Part shown: one piece after another, positions 34,165 to 43,004 of the stretch
How the letters are laid out: each line of letters starts with the position of its first letter
Numbering within the stretch: the first letter of the stretch is position 1
NCBI GenBank assembly: GCA_963790045.1
Contig: CAWBMS010000011.1
Location: 260,715 to 324,714, forward strand
Source: Ignavibacteriota bacterium
GTDB lineage: Bacteria > Bacteroidota > Ignavibacteria > UBA10030
Reading direction: 5' to 3'
Length of the DNA stretch: 64,000 bases
The notes under the pieces: model-generated
What the model was told of the DNA's origin: nothing
The model's database searches: none
What the model saw: the letters and a program-made list of their open reading frames with translations, nothing else
Made by a program: the position numbers and the translations under genes

Positions 34165-35265
34165 ATGAAAATGGAAATTAAAGAAAACAATATAGTATTT
34201 CTGTTAGGTGCTGGGTGCAGCAAGGAAGCGGGTATTCCAATATCAAACGAAATGGTAGAAAAAGTTGAAGAAAAAATTAAAAAAGAATGGAAAGGATCCA
34301 ATGACCTATATTACTATCTAAAAAGTAGTATTCAATATTCTGAGGGTATATTCGGACGATTTGATAATTCATTCAATATTGAAAAACTATTAATTGTAAT
34401 GGGGCATATTGAACAGCGAGATGAAAACATTATCTATCCATTTATTGGAAGCTGGAATATTCGTTTGCCAGAAGTAGCTGGGAAAGATTTTAAAAGAATT
34501 ACAGAGCTGAAAAATTTAATTAAAAACGAACTTTACGAATGGGTCACGCCCAAAGATATTATAAGTAAGGCTGAATATTATTCAGGTTTTAAAAACTTTG
34601 CAGAAGGCGTTGGAAAAACGATAAAAGTATTTTCACTAAATTATGACCAATGCTTTGAAAAGATTGTCGGTGATGAAAATGTAGAACAAGGGTTTGATGT
34701 GAAAACAAATGAGTGGCAACAATCAAACTTTGATACAGAAAGACAATTATTGTTCAAGTTATATAAACTACATGGATCAATTAATTGGTATGTTGATTCT
34801 GAAAACGGCAAATTAAAACAAAGTAGTTATCCTGTATTAAACGACCCCAAACTTATTTTTGGAATAGAGGCAAAACTTAATTCAAGTGATCCGTTCTTTT
34901 ACTATACGGCTGAGTTCAGGCGTTGGATGCTTGATAACGATTGCAAACTTATTGTTACAATTGGTTATAGTTATGCTGATCCCTATATCAACAACTTGAT
35001 TGCACAGGCAATTATCAACAAACCGACGAGACAAGTCCTTAATATTACTTATCTTGACCCCAAAAGTTCTGATGCTGAAAAAAACAAACTAATTGAAGAT
35101 ATTACCTTAAACAAATTGGACCTAAAACACGATTACAACAAAGACGGGGCAAAGCAATTTCAATTACACATTCAGGGAGCAAAAGACTTCCTAAATGAAA
35201 ATATTAAAACTGATTTTTTCACAAAATATTTTAAAGATGAAACCGATGCACCATTTGGGAAATAA
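34165..35265 (+). CDS. SIR2-family (SIR2_2-like) NADase
   Basis: FLLGAGCS, SLNYD, KLHGS and IGYSYADPYIN motifs; 3 bp after the pAgo stop. Confidence 0.9.
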   Translation: MKMEIKENNIVFLLGAGCSKEAGIPISNEMVEKVEEKIKKEWKGSNDLYYYLKSSIQYSEGIFGRFDNSFNIEKLLIVMGHIEQRDENIIYPFIGSWNIRLPEVAGKDFKRITELKNLIKNELYEWVTPKDIISKAEYYSGFKNFAEGVGKTIKVFSLNYDQCFEKIVGDENVEQGFDVKTNEWQQSNFDTERQLLFKLYKLHGSINWYVDSENGKLKQSSYPVLNDPKLIFGIEAKLNSSDPFFYYTAEFRRWMLDNDCKLIVTIGYSYADPYINNLIAQAIINKPTRQVLNITYLDPKSSDAEKNKLIEDITLNKLDLKHDYNKDGAKQFQLHIQGAKDFLNENIKTDFFTKYFKDETDAPFGK

Positions 35266-35475
35266 AAATGTAAATTTTATCTCGTTCCCAATTTGCATGT
35301 GAACGGATGTAGAAAAAGTTCTGCTTAAGGTAATGCGAAATAAAAGCGGAAAAACATAGAACATAAAAATATATTAACATATAAAATTATAACGAGCACG
35401 GAAACATAACACTGGTAGAGAAACGAAACAACATTTACTAAACAACCATTATCCATTAACAGAAAGGGAACCACA

Positions 35476-36168
35476 ATGGAAGAAGTCGATGTAGTAATTC
35501 AGGATGCCAATGTACTTTTAGCCACGGCTAAAAAATATGCAGCGGGAGCTTCCACAGACGGCATTGACGCCGATGCCATCCAGGGATTAAGCGATGCTCA
35601 TGACGACCTTTTAGATAAAAATACAAAACAGCAGAAAGCTGTAAAGGACGTCAACACACTGACGGAAGCGCAAAACGATTCGCTTGACAGCGGTTTGACG
35701 TTGATCCGCAAAGTGCAAAACGCCGGCAAATCCGTGTACGGGGAAAGCAATAAGCCGATGATGAAATTATTAGATGTCGGCGGCGATGCGCCTACTTCCG
35801 TAAAGAAAATGACGACCAAACTTGTTTACATGAAAGATGTGGCAACGGATAAGCTTGCCGATCTGAAGAAGGGCGGTGTGAAAGACAGCGACCTTCCACA
35901 GTTCGATACCATTGCTGCTGCGTTAGCAGAAAACGATGCGACGCAGGAAAAAGCAAAGAAGGCACAGAAGGCGGCAACGCTGGTACGCGATGAAGCGCTC
36001 GATGCGTTAAAAAAAGCTGTGCGTAAAGTACGCAACAATGCAAAATCCGTGTTTGCGGATAACCAGTCCGTGCTGATCGAGTTTGAGCCGGTGGCAGCCG
36101 GACGCGGCAGCGCGAAAGCCAAACCGGAACCTGCACCTGCGACGACAACAGATACACAGAAGAAGTGA
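35476..36168 (+). CDS. Hypothetical all-helical protein with an internal duplication
   Basis: RBS AAAGGGA; halves align (LDSGLTLIRKVQNAGKSVYG versus LDALKKAVRKVRNNAKSVFA). Confidence 0.75.
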   Translation: MEEVDVVIQDANVLLATAKKYAAGASTDGIDADAIQGLSDAHDDLLDKNTKQQKAVKDVNTLTEAQNDSLDSGLTLIRKVQNAGKSVYGESNKPMMKLLDVGGDAPTSVKKMTTKLVYMKDVATDKLADLKKGGVKDSDLPQFDTIAAALAENDATQEKAKKAQKAATLVRDEALDALKKAVRKVRNNAKSVFADNQSVLIEFEPVAAGRGSAKAKPEPAPATTTDTQKK

Positions 36169-36207
36169 TGAAGAAGGAAATAGGAATTAGGAGTTAGCAT
36201 TACACCG

Positions 36208-36253
36208 AACCCCCCTATCCCCCCTTCGTATGAAGGGGGGAGTAAGAGGGGTT
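36208..36253. repeat. GC-rich palindrome just upstream of the DUF559 gene
   Basis: TCCCCCCTTC-GTAT-GAAGGGGGGA inside an outer AACCCC/GGGGTT pair. Confidence 0.7.
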
Positions 36254-36260
36254 AGAAGTT

Positions 36261-36635
36261 ATGGTACGCATTTATAACAAAAAACAGTTTCAAAAACGCC
36301 GACGGGCGTTGCGAAACAATATGCCAAAGTCTGAAATTGTTCTATGGTCGAAGATCAAGAACAGACAGATATATGGTGAACGATTTTTACGCCAGTATGG
36401 TGTCGATCAATATGTTTTGGATTTCTATTGTCCGCGTTTGAAGCTTGCCATTGAAGTGGATGGAGATTCTCATTTTATGCCCGGAGCGGAAGAGCAAGAC
36501 AAATCCCGGCAAGAATATGTTGAAGCATTAGGGATTCATTTTTTGAGATTTACAAATGTTGATATATTGGAAAATCTTGATGGAGTTTGTCAAAGGATAT
36601 TCCAAGTAATTGAAAAGTACAAAAGCAAAGAATAG
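36261..36635 (+). CDS. DUF559 (Vsr-like) endonuclease domain protein
   Basis: RRALRNNM..SE..LW, FLRQ, YVLDFYC...LAIEVDG.SH, LRFTN. Confidence 0.9.
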   Translation: MVRIYNKKQFQKRRRALRNNMPKSEIVLWSKIKNRQIYGERFLRQYGVDQYVLDFYCPRLKLAIEVDGDSHFMPGAEEQDKSRQEYVEALGIHFLRFTNVDILENLDGVCQRIFQVIEKYKSKE

Positions 36636-36690
36636 AAGAAAATCCACGTTGTTCAGAAGTTCCGCCCGCAGGGGAGAAAATTGCAAGCGC

Positions 36691-36738
36691 ATGTGACCGT
36701 CACCTGCAAAGCTTAAACCAAGTAGGTGACGGTCACAT
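36691..36738. repeat. Perfect 15-bp inverted repeat (REP-like or bidirectional terminator)
   Basis: ATGTGACCGTCACCT (36691-36705) and AGGTGACGGTCACAT (36724-36738). Confidence 0.75.
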
Positions 36739-36751
36739 ACCCAACAAAGAA

Positions 36752-37585
36752 TCAATAATCCCGCTTCATAAAATACCACGAAGCAAGCCCGTACAGCAAC
36801 GCTGTGGAACCCAGGGAATACACGTACGGCATAATGGTGAACACGGCAGGGGAAAAAGGACTTTTACCAATCACCAACGTTGAGTTACTGAGCATGGCGC
36901 TTAATTGCGGCGTGATGTAATAGAGTCCATCAAGAATGTGATGATAGATAACGTTATCCGATAAGCGGAATAAAAAATGTTCTCGTCCTTCCAACAAAGA
37001 AGAAATAAAAACAAAGATGAACGTTAACAGAATCGAAAAACCGGAACTGCGCGTTGTCAATCCGACGAGCGCGACAACAGAAAACAAGCATGCAAATGCA
37101 AATATTACATAAATAACTGACGACAAAAACGCCCAGTTCCACACACCGAGTTTCAATCCGAAGACAAGCCAGATGCCGACGAAAAAGTAAGCAAGATTTG
37201 CGGCGATGCCTGCGGTTGCACCTACAGCGCGTGCCATCAACATTTCTGCGCGGAGTAACGGCTTGCTGAGAAAGAGATCGATAGTTCCTTTCTCTAACAT
37301 CGAAGGAATAAGTCCTGCCACGCCGAAAATTCCGAATAAAATAATCCAGAAGACGGAAGTTGAATGCATCTGCATCAATATCGTCTGCGCGATATCGATG
37401 TCGCCGGACATTTGCGGTGCAATCGGTTTGCCGAAGATGGCGATCATATTCGGATCATCTGCCGGATGCCCGATGGCAAACCCAAAGAATCCGATGATAA
37501 TTGTTGCGACGGCGAAATAAAAAATCAAAGTGCCTTTGCGAATGGATTCGCTAAAGGTAAAACGAAACATGCCCCAGAATCTCAC
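36752..37585 (-). CDS. ABC transporter permease
   Basis: Multiple TM helices; EKGTIDLFLSKP motif. Confidence 0.85.
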   Translation of the reverse strand: MRFWGMFRFTFSESIRKGTLIFYFAVATIIIGFFGFAIGHPADDPNMIAIFGKPIAPQMSGDIDIAQTILMQMHSTSVFWIILFGIFGVAGLIPSMLEKGTIDLFLSKPLLRAEMLMARAVGATAGIAANLAYFFVGIWLVFGLKLGVWNWAFLSSVIYVIFAFACLFSVVALVGLTTRSSGFSILLTFIFVFISSLLEGREHFLFRLSDNVIYHHILDGLYYITPQLSAMLSNSTLVIGKSPFSPAVFTIMPYVYSLGSTALLYGLASWYFMKRDY

Positions 37586-38514
37586 TGCGCTTCTCCTTTC
37601 ACCAATTGAATGAAATAATCTTCCAGCGAAGTTTTTTGCTGGGTCATTCCTTCAATGGCAATACCGGCAGCGCGGAGTGCATCGATAATGGTGTTCAACT
37701 CCGATTTATCATTCAATGTTACCGTTAATAAATTTTCTGAATATGAAACAGACGGAAGCGAAGTTTTGAATCGCTCTTCCAATTCCAGCGGCAAATGCGC
37801 GGAAAGTTGAATGGCGTAAACGAGCTTTTGCGAATTGATCTCCGCAATGGTTCCGGTTTTAATCACTTCGCCTTTATTCAAAATTGCAACGCGGTCGCTA
37901 ATGAGCTCTACTTCAGAAAGTAAATGTGAATTTAAAAAGATGGTCTTGCCTTCCGCTTTCAATCCGAACAACATGTCGCGAATTTCTTTTCGTCCCACCG
38001 GATCAACGCCATCTGTTGGTTCATCTAAAAAAATAATTTTCGGATCATTGATGAGCGCCTGCGCCAATCCCAACCGCTGTAACATTCCTTTGGAAAACTT
38101 TTTCGTTTTCACTTTTTTCCAATCGGTCAAACCGACACGATCCAGCAAAGTCGTTGCGCGTTCGCGCAATACTTGTTCCGGCAAACCATTTAATCTGCCG
38201 AAAAACAACAGCGTATCGTAAGCGTTGAGGAAGGAAGGATACTTGTGGCTTTCCGGCAAGTAACCGATTTCTTCCTTGAGCGCCCGCTCGCCGAGCGAAT
38301 GCCCGAGCACGGTTGCCGATCCCGAAGTCGGGAAGGCAATCGAGAGCAATAATTTGATGAAGGTTGTTTTTCCAGCGCCGTTCGGCCCCAGCAGTCCAAA
38401 AATTTCGCCTTGATGGACGGTTAAGGAAACTTTATTGAGCGCAAGGATGTTCTTTTTAGTGAACGTACCAGAGCGATACTGCTTGGTGAGTTCGAGAGTT
38501 TGAATTGCTTCCAT
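37582..38514 (-). CDS. ABC transporter ATP-binding protein
   Basis: GPNGAGKT, FSKGM and LDEPT motifs. Confidence 0.93.
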   Translation of the reverse strand: MEAIQTLELTKQYRSGTFTKKNILALNKVSLTVHQGEIFGLLGPNGAGKTTFIKLLLSIAFPTSGSATVLGHSLGERALKEEIGYLPESHKYPSFLNAYDTLLFFGRLNGLPEQVLRERATTLLDRVGLTDWKKVKTKKFSKGMLQRLGLAQALINDPKIIFLDEPTDGVDPVGRKEIRDMLFGLKAEGKTIFLNSHLLSEVELISDRVAILNKGEVIKTGTIAEINSQKLVYAIQLSAHLPLELEERFKTSLPSVSYSENLLTVTLNDKSELNTIIDALRAAGIAIEGMTQQKTSLEDYFIQLVKGEAQ

Positions 38515-38667
38515 AGTGCATTCAAGGTAAGTAAAAATGTGGAGTGGTTCAATTTGAAAATTTTAAAGCCTTCTTGATTCAAAAGGAATTTAGCGGGATA
38601 TTGTAGAAGAGAGCCGATAGTGGCTCTCATTTTTTTGGAGTAATATAAGACCTGAGAGGTCGTATTT

Positions 38668-39066
38668 ATGCTTCAGCTTTCTAAAAAAGTTGAATACGGA
38701 TTGATTGCCTTGCGGCACATGGCGATGAACCCGCAAGTGTACACCGCAAAAGAAATTGCGGTGAAGTACGATATTTCGTACGAGCTTCTTGCAAAAGTTT
38801 TGCAGAAGCTGACGAGAGCGGGAATTGTCACTTCGCTGCAAGGCATGCGCGGCGGTTACACGCTTGCACAGAAGCCGAGCGAAGTGCAGGTAGGGCGCAT
38901 CATCGATATTATTGAAGACGAGAAGGCGACGATTGCGGAATGCTATGCAGAAGGAAGTGATAATTGTTCGCTGTTCGATGCATGCACGATTCGCCGGCCG
39001 TTGGAAAAAGTTCAACAGAACTTGAATACGCTTTTAGAAAAAACGACGCTGGAACAAATTATATAG
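38668..39066 (+). CDS. Rrf2 family regulator (IscR/SufR-like, three Cys)
   Basis: SKKVEYGL, G.RGGY.LA, C-x7-C-x5-C; heads the suf operon. Confidence 0.9.
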   Translation: MLQLSKKVEYGLIALRHMAMNPQVYTAKEIAVKYDISYELLAKVLQKLTRAGIVTSLQGMRGGYTLAQKPSEVQVGRIIDIIEDEKATIAECYAEGSDNCSLFDACTIRRPLEKVQQNLNTLLEKTTLEQII

Positions 39067-39077
39067 TTTGAAAAATT

Positions 39078-39395
39078 ATGGCAACACATTATCCAGTATA
39101 TACTATTCCACACGAAGAATTTCTTGCGTTTATGAAATCGAAATTTCAATTGTATCATCTTTCGAATGTTTTCTTTCGGGATTTGCAATATGGTGTGATA
39201 GAATTTCTTCAACGCCGAGGGTTCTCTGTAAAATATGGGGCATCGGAAGCGGCAGCGAATGATTTGATTGCCTCGCTGGAAGAAAAAAATATCTTGAAAA
39301 AATTAGATGGGCAAACATGGCTGTTAAATTATCCATCCTTCAAGCTGATCCCGATGAAGCGTATGGATATTGCGATACCGGCAGCGGTGCGTTGA
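39078..39395 (+). CDS. Hypothetical protein within the suf operon
   Basis: 105-aa ORF tightly spaced between Rrf2 and sufB. Confidence 0.7.
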   Translation: MATHYPVYTIPHEEFLAFMKSKFQLYHLSNVFFRDLQYGVIEFLQRRGFSVKYGASEAAANDLIASLEEKNILKKLDGQTWLLNYPSFKLIPMKRMDIAIPAAVR

Positions 39396-39410
39396 AAGAA
39401 AAGGATTCCT

Positions 39411-40858
39411 ATGACGACAGAAACAAACACGATTGAAGAACTTGCTGAGAAAGAATATAAGTACGGCTTTGTGACCGATATTGAATCGGACAGCATTCGC
39501 AAAGGATTAAATGAAGATGTTGTTCGTTTGATCTCGGAACGAAAAGGCGAACCGGCATGGCTCTTAGAATGGCGATTGAAAGCGTACCGTCATTGGCTGA
39601 CGATGGAAGAACCGCATTGGCCCAATGTCAAGTTTCCACCGATTGATTATCAATCGATTGTCTATTATTCCGCGCCGAAACAAAAAGTGAAACTCAACAG
39701 TTTGGACGAAGTCGATCCTGAATTATTGAAGACGTACGAGAAGCTGGGAATTTCACTCCGCGAGCAAGAATGGCTCGCCGGTGTTGCGGTGGATGCGGTG
39801 TTTGACAGCGTTTCAGTGGCCACCACATTTAAAGAAAAATTAAGCGAGCTTGGAATTATATTCTGTTCGTTTTCCGAAGCGGTAAAGAATCATCCCGATC
39901 TGGTAAAGCAATATCTTGGTTCGGTTGTTCCGGCGAACGATAATTTCTTTGCCGCGCTGAATGCGGCAGTATTTAGCGATGGTTCATTCTGCTTTATTCC
40001 AAAAGGCGTACATTGCCCGATGGAGTTATCCACGTACTTCCGAATCAATGCAGCAGAGACGGGACAGTTTGAGCGCACATTGATTGTTGCGGAAGACGAT
40101 GCGTATGTAAGTTATTTAGAGGGATGCACCGCGCCTATTCGCGACACAAATCAATTGCATGCAGCGGTTGTGGAATTGGTGGCGTTAGATAACGCGCGCA
40201 TAAAATATTCCACTGTGCAAAACTGGTATCCCGGTGATAAAGAAGGCAAAGGTGGCATTTACAATTTTGTGACCAAGCGCGGAAAATGTGCCGGCGATGA
40301 ATTCCAAAATTTCATGGACGCAGGTGGAAACCGGTTCTTCGATCACGTGGAAATATCCGGGCGTTCTGTTGATTGGCGATAATTCTGTTGGCGAATTTTA
40401 TTCCGTTGCGGTGGCAAACAATTATCAGCAGGCCGATACCGGAACGAAAATGATTCACATCGGAAAAAATACGAAGAGCACGATTGTCTCGAAAGGTATT
40501 TCCGCCGGACACGGACAAAATTCCTATCGCGGTTTGGTGGAAGTAAAAAAGAATGCCGTCAATGCGCAGGAATTTTTCGCAGTGCGATTCGTTATTGCTC
40601 GGTGATAAATGCGGCGCGCATACGTTTCCATATATCGAAGTAAAAAATACTTCTTCGAAAGTTGAACACGAAGCATCGACATCGAAAATCGGCGAAGATC
40701 AGGTTTTCTATTGTAAGCAACGGGGCATTTCAGCGGAAGATGCGGTGAATTTAATTGTGAACGGGTTTTGCAAAGAAGTTTTCCGAGAGTTGCCGATGGA
40801 GTTTGCTGTAGAAGCGCAACGGCTGCTTGGCGTAAGTTTGGAAGGAAGCGTTGGATAA
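39411..40858 (+). CDS. sufB: Fe-S cluster assembly protein SufB, two +1 frameshifts (~40298, ~40567)
   Basis: [35 protein letters not shown] and EHEASTSKI...LEGSVG spread over three frames. Confidence 0.95.
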
Positions 40859-40896
40859 AAAAGTTTTCGATTTGACGACAAGAAAAGGACAATGAA

Positions 40897-41661
40897 ATGA
40901 GTTTGTTAGAAATAAAAAATATCCATGCATCAGTGAACGGCACAGAGATTCTTCACGGTATCAATCTAACGGTGAATGCCGGAGAAGTGCATGCGATAAT
41001 GGGGCCGAATGGTTCCGGTAAAAGCACGCTTGCCGGTGTGCTCGCAGGCAAGGAAGCGTACGTCGTTACCGAAGGAAGCGTGCAGTATGAAGGAAAAGAT
41101 TTGCTCGCGTTGCAGCCGGAAGAACGTGCACGCGAAGGGTTGTTCCTCGCGTTTCAATATCCGGTAGAAATTCCCGGCGTCAATAATTCCTATTTTCTCA
41201 AAGCGGCACTGAATGCTATTCGCAAGCACAAAGGATTGGAAGAATTGGACGCGATGGATTTTCTTGCGCTCGTAAAGAATAAAGTAAAGTTGGTAGAGAT
41301 GGATGAGAGTTTGCTCAATCGAGCGGTGAACGAAGGATTCTCCGGCGGCGAGAAAAAACGTAACGAGATTTTTCACATGGCGGTCTTAGATCCGCTGCTT
41401 TCCATTCTTGATGAAACCGATTCTGGGCTTGATATTGACGCGCTGCGCATTGTGGCGAACGGCGTCAATCAATTACGGCGAAAAGACAACGCAACAATTG
41501 TTGTCACGCACTATCAGCGATTGTTAGAATATATTGTTCCCGATTTTGTCCACGTGCTTGCAGATGGAAAAATTGTGAAGTCCGGCGGAAAAGAATTGGC
41601 GCTGGAACTTGAAGAACGCGGCTACGATTGGCTTCGCAATTCCGTGGAACAGGAAGCGTAG
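40897..41661 (+). CDS. sufC: Fe-S cluster assembly ATPase
   Basis: GPNGSGKS, FQYPVEIPG, FSGGEKKR and DETDSGLD motifs. Confidence 0.97.
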   Translation: MSLLEIKNIHASVNGTEILHGINLTVNAGEVHAIMGPNGSGKSTLAGVLAGKEAYVVTEGSVQYEGKDLLALQPEERAREGLFLAFQYPVEIPGVNNSYFLKAALNAIRKHKGLEELDAMDFLALVKNKVKLVEMDESLLNRAVNEGFSGGEKKRNEIFHMAVLDPLLSILDETDSGLDIDALRIVANGVNQLRRKDNATIVVTHYQRLLEYIVPDFVHVLADGKIVKSGGKELALELEERGYDWLRNSVEQEA

Positions 41662-41669
41662 GAGCAACG

Positions 41670-42989
41670 ATGCCGACGACAGAAAAAAATATTCAGTGGT
41701 ATCAAACAAAGTTTCACGAGTTTGAACAGGGATTGAACGGCGAGAAATTAACGCCGTTGCATGCGTTGCGCCGCAAGGCGATAGAACAATTTTCCGCCGT
41801 CGGATTCCCGACAGCGAAGCAGGAAGAGTGGCGCTTTACCAATGTTTCGCCTGTAAGCAAAATAGAATTCCAACCCGTGCTACATTATGAACGAGAGGGA
41901 ATGAAGGAGGCGGACATTGCGCATGCTTTTTTGCCGGATGCAATTCGGTTAGTGTTTGTCAACGGATTCTATGCTAAAGAGTTTTCCGATCTTCGGTTTG
42001 TTCCGAAGAATGTTGTTATCGAAAATCTTGCAAGCGCAAAAAAGAAGTATGCGGATGTGATTCAGCAATCTCTCGGTAAAGGTGTGAAGACGGATGAAAA
42101 CGCTTTTACGGCGCTGAATGCGGCTTTCATTCAAGATGGAACGTTTGTGCATGTGCCGAAAGGCGTTGCCGTTGAAAAACCATTGCAACTTCTGTTCGTA
42201 TCGACACAAAACACATCTCCATTTATTTCGCTGCCAAGAAATATTATCCGTGTTGATGAGAACGCGCAGTTGACGGTGTTTGAAAGTTATGTTCATCGGA
42301 TGGATAATATTTATTGCACGAATGTTGCGACGGAATTCTTCCTTAGCGAACATGCCAATGTGGAATATGTAAAATTGCAGACGGAAAGCATCAACGCATT
42401 TCATATCAGCAATACAGTTGTTCGGCAGAAAACGGCAAGCGTGTATCGTTCTAATTCTATTGCATTGGGCGGAGCTATCGCGCGAAACAATATTACCGCG
42501 TCGTTGGATGCGGAACACATAGAATGTACACTCAACGGATTAACTCTTGCCGCTGGAACCCAGCTCATCGACCATCACACCACTATCGATCATGCCAATC
42601 CGAATTGTATTAGCCACGAATTGTATAAATTTGTTCTTGATGAAAAATCGCGTGCCGTGTTTAACGGGAAAGTCTATGTACGCAAAGACGCGCAGAAGAC
42701 GGACGCAAAGCAAACAAACAAAACATTGCTGCTCTCCGATGAAGCGACGATCAACACGAAGCCGCAATTGGAAATTTTTGCGGACGATGTGAAATGTACG
42801 CACGGCGCGGCGGTGGGACAGTTGGATGCAGAACAAATATTTTATCTCCGTTCGCGCGGGCTTGGAGAAGCAGAAGCGCGTGAAATGCTGACCTACGCAT
42901 TTGCAGGCGATGTCGTGAATCGAATTGGGAATGAAACCATCCGCACGTTTGTGGAAACATCCGTGCTTGAACGGTCAAATCACGCATAA
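41670..42989 (+). CDS. sufD: Fe-S cluster assembly protein
   Basis: EEWRFT and KPQLEIFADDVKCTHGA motifs. Confidence 0.95.
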   Translation: MPTTEKNIQWYQTKFHEFEQGLNGEKLTPLHALRRKAIEQFSAVGFPTAKQEEWRFTNVSPVSKIEFQPVLHYEREGMKEADIAHAFLPDAIRLVFVNGFYAKEFSDLRFVPKNVVIENLASAKKKYADVIQQSLGKGVKTDENAFTALNAAFIQDGTFVHVPKGVAVEKPLQLLFVSTQNTSPFISLPRNIIRVDENAQLTVFESYVHRMDNIYCTNVATEFFLSEHANVEYVKLQTESINAFHISNTVVRQKTASVYRSNSIALGGAIARNNITASLDAEHIECTLNGLTLAAGTQLIDHHTTIDHANPNCISHELYKFVLDEKSRAVFNGKVYVRKDAQKTDAKQTNKTLLLSDEATINTKPQLEIFADDVKCTHGAAVGQLDAEQIFYLRSRGLGEAEAREMLTYAFAGDVVNRIGNETIRTFVETSVLERSNHA

Positions 42990-43004
42990 GAATACGAGAA
43001 CTTC

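Noticed and set aside
32263-35265. Canonical SPARSA (Sir2-APAZ plus short pAgo) or an active long-A Argonaute
   Set aside because: The SIR2 gene is downstream and has no room for APAZ; the pAgo has an N-terminal lobe and lacks the DEDX Asp residues
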